NCBI GenBank assembly: GCA_049840735.1 | Contig: JASGJN010000020.1 | Location: 96,001-160,000, forward strand | Direction of reading: 5' to 3' | Length of the DNA: 64,000 nucleotides | Source of the DNA: Anaeromyxobacter sp. | GTDB taxonomy: Bacteria > Myxococcota > Myxococcia > Myxococcales > Anaeromyxobacteraceae | Shown: piece by piece, positions 44,722 to 54,164 of the stretch | Layout of the letters: the number at the start of each line of letters is the position of its first letter | How positions within the stretch are numbered: position 1 is the stretch's first letter | Position numbers and translations under genes: made by a program | Notes under the pieces: generated by a model | Told to the model about the DNA's origin: nothing | Databases searched by the model: none | What the model saw: only the letters and a program-made list of their open reading frames with translations

Positions 44722-46872
44722 CTAGAAGGGCACGTCGCCGGAGGTGGGGCCTGGCTCCTCGCCCCCGTCGTCGTCGTCCTTCGGGTCGGTGCCAAAGAGC
44801 GCCGGGACCACCCGCGCCTCGCGCAGCGGCGCAGCAGCGGCGGCGGGCGGTAGCGGGGCCTGGCCGGCGCCCGGGTCGTCCAGCTGCCAGCGCTCGAAGA
44901 GCTCGGGCTCGGCCGGCAGCTCCTCCAGGAAGCGGGAGGCCTTCATCACCACCCGCTCGCGGTCGCGCGGCGCGGCGATCACCGGGTAGGTGAGGTAGAG
45001 CTCGTCCTTCGCGCGGGTGCAGGCCACGTAGAAGAGCCGCCGCTCCTCCTCCTCGCCCTGCAGGTCCTTGAGCGCCTGGGCCGACGGGAACCGGCCGTCG
45101 GCCAGCCAGGCCACGAAGACCGCCCGCCACTCCAGCCCCTTGGCCTGGTGGACCGAGGAGAGGACCATCTTCTCGTCCGGCTCCTCGGACTCGGAGACCG
45201 TCTCGGCGGTCAGCTCGGTGAGGAGCGCGATCTCGGCCAGGAACTGCTCGGTGTCCTCGTAGCCGCGCGCGTACTGGGCCAGCTGCTGGATGTCCTCGAT
45301 GCGCGAGTCGGCGTTGAGGAACTCGGCGCGCAGGTACTCCTCGTACCCCTCGTCCAGCACCTTCTCGATGGCCTCGCCGGGCAGGTCGGCGGTGGGCTTG
45401 CGCGTGAGCGCCCGCAGCAGCTGGGCCAGCCGCGTGTAGCCCGGCCGCCCCTTGCCCGGCACCTGCGAGGCCACGTCCGGCGCGAGCAGCTCGTCGACCT
45501 CGCCCCGCCCGCGCTCCCGCCGGACGGAGAAGGCGCTCCAGACCGCCTCGGCGGTGGCGGTGCCCACGCCGGGCGTGATCTTCATGCAGCGCTTGAGGGC
45601 CAGCTCGTCGCCGGGGTTCCGGGCGAAGCGCAGGTGGGCCAGCACGTCCTTCACGTGCGCTGCCTCGAAGAAGCGGACGCCGCTGCGGACCACGAAGGGG
45701 ATGCCGCGCCGGGCCAGCTCGAACTGGATCTCCATCGAGTGGTGGTGCGCGCGGTAGAGGACGGCGATCTCCGGCAGCGGGATGCCCTCGTCCCGCAGCT
45801 CCAGCACCCGCTGCGCCACGAAGGCGGCCTGCTGCTGCACGTCGCGGCACGGCACCACCGCGGGCAGGGTCCCGTCGCGCCGGACGCTGGAGAGCTCCTT
45901 CTCGAACTGGCGGACGTTGGCCGAGATGGAGGCGTTGGCCAGCGAGAGGATCTGCGGCGTGGAGCGGTAGTTGACGGTGAGGTCGAAGCGGCGCGCCTCG
46001 GGGTAGCGCTTCTCGAACTCGAGGATGTTCTCGAAGTGGGCGCCGCGGAACGAGTAGATGCTCTGGGCGTCGTCGCCCACCACGCAGACGTTCCGGTGGT
46101 CGGCGCCGAGCAGGTCCACCACGTCGCCCTGCAGCCGGTTGGTGTCCTGGTATTCGTCCACCAGCAGGTGCCTGAACCGCTCCGCCAGCGACCGCCGCAC
46201 CGGCTCCCGCTCGGCCAGCAGGATCTTCCAGTTGAGCAGCAGGTCGTCGAAGTCCATGGCGTTGAGCGCGTGCTTGCGCTCGGCGTAGCGGCGAGCCACC
46301 CGCAGGACGTCGTCGGTGAGCGGCACGAACTGCGCCCGCCGGTCGGCCAGGACGTCGGCCAGCGGCGTCTGGGTGTTGACCGCCATCGAGACCAGGTCGA
46401 GCAGCACGTCCGCCTTGGGGAAGCGCCGCGCCCCCACCGCCAGGCCGCAGTCGGCGATGGCGGCGGTCATCACGTCGCGCGAGTCCTCGCGGTCGAGGAT
46501 GGAGTAGCCGCGGCTGTAGCCCAGCTCCGCGCAGTGCTCGCGCAGGATCTCGTGCGCCACGTGGTGGAAGGTGCCGCCGGCGATGCGGCGGGTGTCCACC
46601 CGGCAGACCTCCTCGACCCGGCGCAGCATCTCGCGCGCCGCCTTGTTGGTGAAGGTGAGGAGGAGGATGGACTCCGGCTGCACGCCCTCGGCGATGAGCC
46701 GGGCCACGCGCCAGGTCAGCGTGCGGGTCTTGCCCGAGCCGGCGCCGGCGATGACGAGGATGGGCCCCTCGCCGGCCTCCACCACGGCCACCTGCTGGTC
46801 GTTGAGGAGCCCTTCGTAGTTGAGGGCGCGAGCCGGCGGGGCGGCCTGCTTGAGCTGGTAACGACGGGACAT
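44722..46872 (-). CDS. uvrD: UvrD/PcrA/Rep family DNA helicase
   Basis: AGAGSGKT, TFTNKAA, VDEYQD, VGDDAQSIYSFRGA, NYRS, HQAKGLEW, EERRLFYVA. Confidence 0.92.
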   Translation of the reverse strand: MSRRYQLKQAAPPARALNYEGLLNDQQVAVVEAGEGPILVIAGAGSGKTRTLTWRVARLIAEGVQPESILLLTFTNKAAREMLRRVEEVCRVDTRRIAGGTFHHVAHEILREHCAELGYSRGYSILDREDSRDVMTAAIADCGLAVGARRFPKADVLLDLVSMAVNTQTPLADVLADRRAQFVPLTDDVLRVARRYAERKHALNAMDFDDLLLNWKILLAEREPVRRSLAERFRHLLVDEYQDTNRLQGDVVDLLGADHRNVCVVGDDAQSIYSFRGAHFENILEFEKRYPEARRFDLTVNYRSTPQILSLANASISANVRQFEKELSSVRRDGTLPAVVPCRDVQQQAAFVAQRVLELRDEGIPLPEIAVLYRAHHHSMEIQFELARRGIPFVVRSGVRFFEAAHVKDVLAHLRFARNPGDELALKRCMKITPGVGTATAEAVWSAFSVRRERGRGEVDELLAPDVASQVPGKGRPGYTRLAQLLRALTRKPTADLPGEAIEKVLDEGYEEYLRAEFLNADSRIEDIQQLAQYARGYEDTEQFLAEIALLTELTAETVSESEEPDEKMVLSSVHQAKGLEWRAVFVAWLADGRFPSAQALKDLQGEEEERRLFYVACTRAKDELYLTYPVIAAPRDRERVVMKASRFLEELPAEPELFERWQLDDPGAGQAPLPPAAAAAPLREARVVPALFGTDPKDDDDGGEEPGPTSGDVPF

Positions 46873-46881
46873 GCGTTCAGG
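46865..46881. promoter_or_regulatory. putative LexA (SOS) box over the uvrD start codon
   Basis: CGGGACATGCGTTCAGG matches 15/17 of the Myxococcus LexA consensus CTRHAMRYBYGTTCAGS (consensus recalled); lies just downstream of a TTGACC-18-TACGGT promoter. Confidence 0.55.
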
Positions 46882-46941
46882 GGCGGCACCGTAGCAGCCG
46901 ATATCGCCGGAGGTCAATCTCGCCTGGAGGGCTGACATGGC

Positions 46942-48648
46942 TCAGGCCCGCGCCAGCGGCGGCGGATCAGCCTCGGGCCGCCCGGTGAAGAGCTGCCCCT
47001 GCCGCAGCCAGACCAGCGCCTTGGTCACGGGCTCCCGGTAGACCTCCAGGTAGCCGCCGTGGACGCCGACCAGGTGGTGGAAGGAGCAGAGCCCGACCAG
47101 GTTCTCGGGATCGTCGGTGCCGCCACGGGAGCGCGGGATGATGTGGTGCGCGTGGGCCGAGGCGTGGCTGCACCCGGGCACCTGGCAGCGGCCGTCGTCC
47201 CGCGCCCGGATCTCCTGCGACCTCGTCTTCCGCTGCTTCCCCTGCTGCTCCCAGGTGACCAGGAAGTGCGCGCACATGATGGCCAGGCAGCGGCCCATGG
47301 ACAGGTTGGTCCCGAACTTCGCCCGGGCGTTGAACACGGCGGCCGCCAGGAGCAGGGCCAGGTGCTCCGGCAGGACCGCTGACACCTTGGAGGCGGCACG
47401 CAGCTGCGCCGCCTGCTCCTCGGCCACCTCGACCCGGAGCTGGGCGCTGGAGACCTCCGTCGCGTGCTCCTTCCAGCTCTCCCGCTGCGCCTCCGGCAGC
47501 CTGGCCAGCTCGCACAGCCGCTGGTAGGGCAACCCCGCCTCGCGCGCCGCCTGCAGCGCCGCCGAGGCCTGCACCTTGCCTTCGACCGCCACCCGCTGCT
47601 CCAGCGCCCGCGCCGGCAGCCCCAGCCGCTCCTCGACGTAGTGGGCGAAGGAGTCGAACCCCAGCTTGCGGTGCACGCCCGCCTGCTTCACGCCCAGCGC
47701 CAGCTCGGCCACGATCTCGTCCAGCTCGGCCCGCGCCCTGGCCACCTGGCGCAGCTTCGCGTCGGTGGTCTTGGCGTCGTCCGCGTCGTCGAACTCGATG
47801 TCCAGCGCCAGCAGGGCCTTGTGCACCTTGGGCAGGTGGACCCAGCCGCCCTGCTCGGCCTCGGCCATGGCCCGCCGCTGCGGCTCGGAGAAGAGCGGCC
47901 GGAAGCCCAGGGACGGAGTGGGCGCGACCGGCTGGTCGGAGCTACCGGGCATGGCGCCCAGGAACTCCTGCACGATGACCTCGATGCGCCGCGTCCGGCT
48001 GGCGCCGGGCTCGACCCGCCCGGCCAGCTCCAGCGCCTCGTCGATCAGCAGCCGCTCATCCTCGGTGGTCTGCGCCAGGATCCGGTAGAGCGGCGCGTCC
48101 TCGTCGTCGGGCGGCGCGCCGGTGACCGCCCGCACCTCCAGCTCCAGCGCGCGCACCGTGTACTGCCTGGCCTTCTCCACCCACTCCGCCTCGGCCTCCC
48201 CCTTGGCCACCGGCACGATGACCTGCGCCGCCCGCAGCTTCAGGTCGCCAGACCAGAGCGCCGCCCGCAGCACCTTGCGCTCCCGCAGCGCCCTCCCCAG
48301 CGCCGCCAGGCCCCGTGTGGCCCGCTCGCCCAGGTCCAGCATCTCGCGGCCGTAGTCCTTGAGGTGATAGCCCAGCTCGGCCAGCCGGTTCCCCCGCTGC
48401 ATCTGGTGCAGCCCCTCGGCGATGAGGGCGTCGAACCGCCCCTGGGCGCGCGCCAGGTGGACCAGGCCCAGCTCGGCGAAGTCGGCGTTCCGACCGCCAC
48501 GGGCGAAGACCACGCGGAGGGGAGCGGTCTCGTCCCCCGGAGCCGGCTCCGCCTCCAGCCGGCCCCAGTAGGCCGGCGGCGGCTTCACGTCCACCAGCTC
48601 CACCGGCTCGCGGGCCCAGACCACGATCTCCTGGAACGCAGCTTCCAT
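46942..48648 (-). CDS. HNH endonuclease with duplicated DUF222-like helical domain
   Basis: RDDGRCQVPGC...HAHHIIPRSRGG.D.PENLVGLCSFHH; two alignable N-terminal modules of about 115 aa. Confidence 0.88.
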   Translation of the reverse strand: MEAAFQEIVVWAREPVELVDVKPPPAYWGRLEAEPAPGDETAPLRVVFARGGRNADFAELGLVHLARAQGRFDALIAEGLHQMQRGNRLAELGYHLKDYGREMLDLGERATRGLAALGRALRERKVLRAALWSGDLKLRAAQVIVPVAKGEAEAEWVEKARQYTVRALELEVRAVTGAPPDDEDAPLYRILAQTTEDERLLIDEALELAGRVEPGASRTRRIEVIVQEFLGAMPGSSDQPVAPTPSLGFRPLFSEPQRRAMAEAEQGGWVHLPKVHKALLALDIEFDDADDAKTTDAKLRQVARARAELDEIVAELALGVKQAGVHRKLGFDSFAHYVEERLGLPARALEQRVAVEGKVQASAALQAAREAGLPYQRLCELARLPEAQRESWKEHATEVSSAQLRVEVAEEQAAQLRAASKVSAVLPEHLALLLAAAVFNARAKFGTNLSMGRCLAIMCAHFLVTWEQQGKQRKTRSQEIRARDDGRCQVPGCSHASAHAHHIIPRSRGGTDDPENLVGLCSFHHLVGVHGGYLEVYREPVTKALVWLRQGQLFTGRPEADPPPLARA

Positions 48649-48675
48649 GCACGCCAACGTCTCACGACACGCGCC

Positions 48676-48692
48676 ACTGAACAAGCGTTCCC
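48676..48692. promoter_or_regulatory. putative LexA (SOS) box upstream of the HNH gene
   Basis: CTGAAC-AAGC-GTTC, a perfect GAAC-N4-GTTC, about 30 nt before the ATG. Confidence 0.6.
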
Positions 48693-48788
48693 TGGCCTCC
48701 CTGTTGGGCCCGCTCGCCCGCGGCACCGCGGTCAGAATGTGTAATCTCGAATGGTTTGACCCCTCGGCCGCTCGTGCTACCAAGTCGC

Positions 48789-49328
48789 ATGGCGTTCGTC
48801 GGACACCGCCTGCTGCTCATCGTCGGGCTGATCGTCGCCGTCGGCGCGGGGTGGCAGATCGGCAAGAGGGCCAGCGCCTGGCTCTCCGCGCCGGGCCAGC
48901 CGGCGCCCGGCGACGCCGCGTCGCCGCCGGGCCGCTACGTGCGCCTGCAGGGCGTCGCGCTCGACTGCGCCACGCTCCGCCGCAGCCCTTACGGCACCTT
49001 GGCGCTGGCGGCCGGCGGGGGCGCGGTGATCCTGGTGCAGTGGGTGGGGGAGGCCCGCTGCGAGGACGGGCTCCCGGAGGGCGCGTTCCTGCCGGACCGG
49101 TTCAGCCGCGGGTTCGTGCGCACCGACCTCGGCATCGACCTGCCCCCGGGCCCGGACCTGCGGGTCTTCGCCGAGGCGGGCGCGCCCGCCCAGCAGCGCC
49201 GCGCCGCCGTGAAGCTCCTGCCCTGGCTGGCCGCCGGCCTGGTCCTGGCCGCCACCGGGTGGCGCGGCCTGCGCCGCCTGGCGGCCGCGGACGGGCGGAA
49301 AAGTGGACGCGGCCCGGGCGCCCGGTAG
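48789..49328 (+). CDS. hypothetical membrane protein
   Basis: N- and C-terminal TM segments, Cys pair. Confidence 0.65.
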   Translation: MAFVGHRLLLIVGLIVAVGAGWQIGKRASAWLSAPGQPAPGDAASPPGRYVRLQGVALDCATLRRSPYGTLALAAGGGAVILVQWVGEARCEDGLPEGAFLPDRFSRGFVRTDLGIDLPPGPDLRVFAEAGAPAQQRRAAVKLLPWLAAGLVLAATGWRGLRRLAAADGRKSGRGPGAR

Positions 49329-49339
49329 CATCCGGCCCG

Positions 49340-49991
49340 ATGTCGCCGCTGCGCCCGCTGCTCGTCGCCCTGGTGCTCCTCCTCGGAGCCGCCTGCGCCG
49401 GGCCGACCAAGACGGCCAGCCGCGGCAAACCCCTGCCCCCGCCCGCCCAGGGCCGGGCCGGCACTCGTGACCCGGGTGCCGGCCCGGCTCCTGGTTCCTC
49501 CCAGGCCGCGCGCGGGAAGGCCGTGGCCCGCGCCATCGACACCGCCGGCGAGCTGGTCGGCCAGCGCGAGATCGTGGTGGGGGGCGTGCGCTACGGCGAC
49601 GGCTGCGAGGCGCTGGTCGAGGCCGCCTACCGCTCCGCCGGCCATCCCCTCCCCGCCGGCGCCCGCACCGCCCCGGCGCTCCTGGCCCACGCGCAGGCGC
49701 GTCAGCTGGCCCGGCGCGGACGGCCGGTGCCCGGCGATTCTGGTCTTCCTCTCCGACCGCCCCGGCGGCCCGGCCGAGCACGTCGGGCTGGTCGAGTCGG
49801 TGACCAGCGACGGCACCGCGCTCGTCATCCACCGGACCGAGCGCGGCGTGGCCCGCCTCCGCGTCAACGCCGCCCAGCCGTGGAAGCTCAAGACCGACGG
49901 CGGCCGCGCCCTCAACGACCTGCTGGTGGTCGGCGGCGGCCGGCTCTCCGCCGGCCGGCTGTTCGTCGCCTACGCCACGCTGCTGCGCTGA
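49340..49991 (+). CDS. NlpC/P60-CHAP-like lipoprotein (frameshift near 49738)
   Basis: GAAC lipobox, DGC..LV, PGD-LVF, HVGLV. Confidence 0.75.
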
Positions 49992-50028
49992 TTTCATCCC
50001 CGGGCTAACATCGTCGCCGGGGGTCCCC

Positions 50029-51549
50029 TTGCACGACCAGCCGATCATCGCCTCCGACGAGCCGCGGCAGCTCAGCCTGCTGGTGGGTGGCCGCTGCCGG
50101 CGCTGCGCCGAGCGGCTGCCCGGGGGCGTGGCGCTCCGCGGCGGCGCCTGCCCGGCCTGCGGCACCTCCGCGGCGCAGACCCCGGACGACCGCGGCTTCG
50201 TGCAGGCGCTGCTGGAGGCGCGGGCCCGGAACCGGACCTGGGTGGCGGTGCTGGTCTCGGCCGGCGTGGTCTTCCTGGGCGGCTGGCTGCCCGGGCTGGC
50301 GCCCCTGGTGCTGCTCGGCGCGTACGTCTGGGTGCAGGTGGCGCTGGTCCGGCCGGTGGCGCGGCTGCTGCCGGTCCGGCGCCGGCTGGTGGCCACCTGG
50401 ACCGTGCGGCTGGCTTCGGCGGCGCTCTTCGCCACCACCGTCTCGGTGGTCGAGCTGATGACGCTCCTCCCCTTCATCGGGGCCATCGGCAAGAGCGCGG
50501 CCACCGCGGCCCAGGTGGGCGGGCTGGCCTGGTGGGCGCGCCACTACCTGGTCTGGCAGGCCCGTCGCGAGGGGCGCGGCCAGCGCGTGGCCTGGTGGGA
50601 GTACGCCCTGCTGGTCGTGATCGGCGGGCTGCTGGTGCTGGGCGCGGTGGCGATGCTGTGGGCCGCGTTCTGGGTCAGCGCCAGGCTGGGCGCGCTGGTG
50701 GGCGGCGCAGACGCGCTGGCCGCAGCCGGCCCGCGCCTCTCCAGCGACGGCCTGGGGCTGGCCTCCACCATCGGCCTGGGGGCCGCCACCGGCACACGCG
50801 CGGCGCTCTTCCTGCTGGTCTCCGGCGTGGTGGCGCTGGTCCACCCGGCCTGGGCGCCGGCCCAGCTGCAGTTCCTGGGGACGCCGGCCGGGCTGGGCAT
50901 CGGGCTGGCGCTGCTGGTGGTCGAGTCGGCCACCGAGCGCGACGACGATCTGCAGGCCCTCTTCGGCCTGGCGGCCGGTGGCGCGCGGGTGGCGGCGGCG
51001 GCGGTGCTGGGCGTGCTCGCGTCCGGCCAGCCCCCCAGCACCACGCAGGCGCTCCTGGCCGGGGCGGCAGGTGCCGGCGCGGCGCTCGCGGCGGCCGGGA
51101 GCCGCCACTGGCTGCACGGGCTCCTGCGCCAGGTCGAGACCGAGGCCTTCAGCCCGCGTCGCTGGGCCAACAGGCTGGAGGAGGGGGGCGTGGCCGGGCT
51201 GGCGGTGGCGGTCTACGCCGGCCCCATCCTGGCGCTGGGGGTGGTGGTGGCGGGGCTGGTGGCCACGCTGCTGGCCGGGCTCGCGGCGAAGCAGGTGGAC
51301 GCGAGGTGGCGCCGCCCCTGCCCGGGCTGCAGCCGAACCATCCGCGTCGAGGCCAGCGGCTGCCCGCGCTGCGGCGCCGAGGTCCCGGTGGTGAGGACGG
51401 CGCTGGACCAGGCCGTGGCCGCGGCAGGCACGCGGTTCCAGACGGCGCTGGCGGCCGGCCAGGCCACGGCGGCGCGGGCCGCAGGGCTCCTCACCGGTGA
51501 CCAGCCCCCGCCCCTCGATCGTCCGCCGCCCAGGCCTCCGCCGCTCTAG
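50029..51549 (+). CDS. multi-TM protein with DUF4126-like domain and zinc ribbons at both ends
   Basis: CRRC...CPACG at the N-terminus, CPGC...CPRCG at the C-terminus; GLGAATG.RA.L.LL...EE pattern. Confidence 0.65.
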   Translation: MHDQPIIASDEPRQLSLLVGGRCRRCAERLPGGVALRGGACPACGTSAAQTPDDRGFVQALLEARARNRTWVAVLVSAGVVFLGGWLPGLAPLVLLGAYVWVQVALVRPVARLLPVRRRLVATWTVRLASAALFATTVSVVELMTLLPFIGAIGKSAATAAQVGGLAWWARHYLVWQARREGRGQRVAWWEYALLVVIGGLLVLGAVAMLWAAFWVSARLGALVGGADALAAAGPRLSSDGLGLASTIGLGAATGTRAALFLLVSGVVALVHPAWAPAQLQFLGTPAGLGIGLALLVVESATERDDDLQALFGLAAGGARVAAAAVLGVLASGQPPSTTQALLAGAAGAGAALAAAGSRHWLHGLLRQVETEAFSPRRWANRLEEGGVAGLAVAVYAGPILALGVVVAGLVATLLAGLAAKQVDARWRRPCPGCSRTIRVEASGCPRCGAEVPVVRTALDQAVAAAGTRFQTALAAGQATAARAAGLLTGDQPPPLDRPPPRPPPL

Positions 51550-52442
51550 CGGCAGCCCGCCCCCACCAGCCCGATCCGCAGCCGACCGCCCTCGCGCACC
51601 ACGCCCAGGAACGGCGGCTCGGCCACCTCGCCCAGCAGGGCCGAGGTCCAGCGGATCACGTCGCTGCCGGGCGGGATCACCGGCACGGCGTCCTTCGCCA
51701 CCTGGAAGAACTCGCGGTAGCTGTAGAGCGGCAGGCGCGAGCGCGCCGAGGTGCGCAGCGCCCGGGTGTCGAAGAGCAGGGCGTGGACGCCCTCCCGCCC
51801 GCGCAGCGCCTCCGCCACCTCCGCGGCCGGGACGGTGTCCCCGCCGCACGTCAGCCCGCCCGAGGCCAGGAGCCCGATGAACGCCTCCACGTCGCCGCGG
51901 GCGACCACCGCCCTGACCTCGCCGGCGAAGCGGCGCCTGGCCTCCACGTCCACGCTGCGCTGCCGCGCCTCGATGGCCGCGGCCGCCGCGAGCGCCCCCT
52001 GCTCCACCTGCGCGCAGAGCGGCGTGGTCACCGCGCAGGCCGCGGCGTTGCGCGCGGCGCGGCGGGGCAGCGCCGGGTCCTCCACCCTGGCCAGGTGGCC
52101 CAGCAGGACCTCCAGCCAGTCCGGATGCTCCTCGGCCAGCGGCCCCAGCTCGTCCAGGCGTGGCCAGTGCCGGGCCAGCAGCAGCGCCGGCACCTCGGCC
52201 AGGTACTCGTCGGCGGCCCCGCGGTAGGCCTCCGGGCAGGCGGCGTAGAGCGCATGCAGGCGCGCCCACACCCCGCGGGCCTCGGCGCGGCGGGCCAGGA
52301 TCTCCAGCGTGGCCAGCTCCAGCTCGGCCTGGTCACCCCAGGCCTCGCAGGCCGGCGTGAGCGGGAGGACGGGCCGGACCGGGCCGTTCTCCTGGGCGGC
52401 GGCGAAGGTCAGCCAGAGCGGTAGGAGGGCGAGCGCGCGCAA
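51546..52442 (-). CDS. secreted hypothetical protein
   Basis: Signal-peptide-like start, 6 Cys, follows the amidohydrolase in the same operon. Confidence 0.65.
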   Translation of the reverse strand: MRALALLPLWLTFAAAQENGPVRPVLPLTPACEAWGDQAELELATLEILARRAEARGVWARLHALYAACPEAYRGAADEYLAEVPALLLARHWPRLDELGPLAEEHPDWLEVLLGHLARVEDPALPRRAARNAAACAVTTPLCAQVEQGALAAAAAIEARQRSVDVEARRRFAGEVRAVVARGDVEAFIGLLASGGLTCGGDTVPAAEVAEALRGREGVHALLFDTRALRTSARSRLPLYSYREFFQVAKDAVPVIPPGSDVIRWTSALLGEVAEPPFLGVVREGGRLRIGLVGAGCR

Positions 52443-52451
52443 CGGCTCACC

Positions 52452-54047
52452 CTACCCGCTCCCGGCGGCCCACACCACCTCGCCCGCGACCACCGTGGCC
52501 GTGACCGGCACGCGCGGCAGGGCCTCCGCCTCGACCGCCAGCAGGTCCTGGCCCAGCAGCGTCAGGTCGGCCTCCAGCCCCTCGCGGATCACCCCGCGCC
52601 GGTCCTCGGCGAAGGCGGCGCGGGCCGCACCGGAGGTGAAGGCGCGGAGCGCCTCCAGCCGCCCCAGCCGCTCCTCAGGCGAGAAGGCCCGGCCGTCCGG
52701 GCCGCGCCGCTCTTCGGCGGCCAGCAGGCCGAGCCGCGGATCGGGCGACTCGATGGGGAAGTCCGAGCCGAAGGCCAGCGGCACCCCGGCCGCCGCGGTG
52801 GAGCGCCAGGCGTAGGCCCCGCGCAGCCGCGCCGTCCCCTCCCCCAGCCGCGCCGGGAACCAGCCCGCGTCGGAGGTGGCGTGGGTGGGCTGCATGGAGG
52901 CGATGGCGCCGGAGGCGGCCAGGCGCGGGAGGTCGCCAGGCTGCACGATCTGCAGGTGCTCGAGGCGCGGCCGCAGCGCGCGCAGCGCCGGCCCTGCGGC
53001 CAGGAAGGCCTCGATCACCTCGCGGTTGGCGCGGTCGCCGATGGCGTGCACCGCCGGCTGCAGCCCCGCCTCCACCACCGCCGCCAGCTTCTCGCGCAGG
53101 AGCGCCGGCTCGGTCAGCAGGAGCCCGCGGTTGCCCGGGTCGTCGGCGTAGTCCTCCAGCAGCGCCGCGCCGCGGCTGCCCAGGGCGCCGTCGGCGAAGA
53201 GCTTCACCGCCCGGATCTCCAGCCGCCCCAGGGCGAAGCCACCGCGCCAGCGCGCCAGCTCCGCCCGCAGCGCCGGCAGCGGCGGGTCACCCAGGATCAT
53301 GGCGTAGACGCGCAGCGGCAGCCGCCCGGCCTCGGCCAGGCCGCGCAGCACGTCCAGCACCTCCGGCTCGCAGCCGGCGTCGTGCACGGCGGTCAGCCCC
53401 AGCCCGGCCAGCTCCTGCAGCGCGGCCAGGATGGCCTCCTCGAGCTCGGCCGCGGTGGGCCGCGGCATGGCCTGGAGGGCCAGCGCCATGGCGGAGTCCA
53501 CCAGGATCCCGGTGGCCCGGCCGGCCGCGTCGCGGTGGATCCTGCCACCCGGCGGGTCGGGCGTGCCGTCGCCGATCCCGGCCGCCGCCAGCGCGGCCCG
53601 GTTCACCCAGGCGGCGTGGCCGTCCACCCGCGTGAGGAAGGCCGGGTGGCCCGGGACCGCGGCCGAGAGCAGGTCGGCGTCCGGGAAGGCGCCGCCCGGC
53701 CAGCGGTTCTGGTCCCAGCCGCCCCCCCGCACCCAGCGGCCAGCCGGGAGCGTCCGCGCCCGGGCGGCAGCGCGCGCCGCGCAGGCCGCGGCGTCCTCGG
53801 CCCCGGCGCAGGCCACCTCGAGCCGCGCGCGGCCGTGCCAGGCCACGTGGCCGTGCGCGTCCACCAGCCCGGGCACTGCGCAGCCGGCGCCCAGGTCGAT
53901 GCGCCGGGCTCCGGGCCCAGCCGCGCCCGCGCAGGCCTCGCGATCGCCCACCGCCGCGATGCGGCCGTCGCGGACCACCACCGCCTCCGCTCGCGGCCGG
54001 GAGGGGTCGAGGGTGTGGATGGTGCCGGTGACGAGCAGGTCGGGCAT
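52452..54047 (-). CDS. amidohydrolase 3 family protein (YtcJ-like)
   Basis: PGLVDAHGH, RVDGHAAWVN, KLFADGALGSRGA, HAIGDRAN, RLEH, FGSDFP. Confidence 0.92.
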   Translation of the reverse strand: MPDLLVTGTIHTLDPSRPRAEAVVVRDGRIAAVGDREACAGAAGPGARRIDLGAGCAVPGLVDAHGHVAWHGRARLEVACAGAEDAAACAARAAARARTLPAGRWVRGGGWDQNRWPGGAFPDADLLSAAVPGHPAFLTRVDGHAAWVNRAALAAAGIGDGTPDPPGGRIHRDAAGRATGILVDSAMALALQAMPRPTAAELEEAILAALQELAGLGLTAVHDAGCEPEVLDVLRGLAEAGRLPLRVYAMILGDPPLPALRAELARWRGGFALGRLEIRAVKLFADGALGSRGAALLEDYADDPGNRGLLLTEPALLREKLAAVVEAGLQPAVHAIGDRANREVIEAFLAAGPALRALRPRLEHLQIVQPGDLPRLAASGAIASMQPTHATSDAGWFPARLGEGTARLRGAYAWRSTAAAGVPLAFGSDFPIESPDPRLGLLAAEERRGPDGRAFSPEERLGRLEALRAFTSGAARAAFAEDRRGVIREGLEADLTLLGQDLLAVEAEALPRVPVTATVVAGEVVWAAGSG

Positions 54048-54060
54048 GGGCGTGCGCCTT

Positions 54061-54138
54061 CCCTGCCCTTCGACTCCGCCTGTCCTGAGCGTAACACCCG
54101 CGCAGCGGGTGCGGAGTCGAAGGACTCAGGGCGAACGG
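54061..54138 (-). repeat. nested REP-like element (copy inside a copy)
   Basis: Reverse complement: CCGTTCGCCCTGAG-[TCCTTCGACTCCG-hairpin-TTACGCTCAGGACAG]-GCGGAGTCGAAGGG. Confidence 0.88.
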
Positions 54139-54164
54139 GGGTGTAGCGCCCCCAGGCCTTGCTG

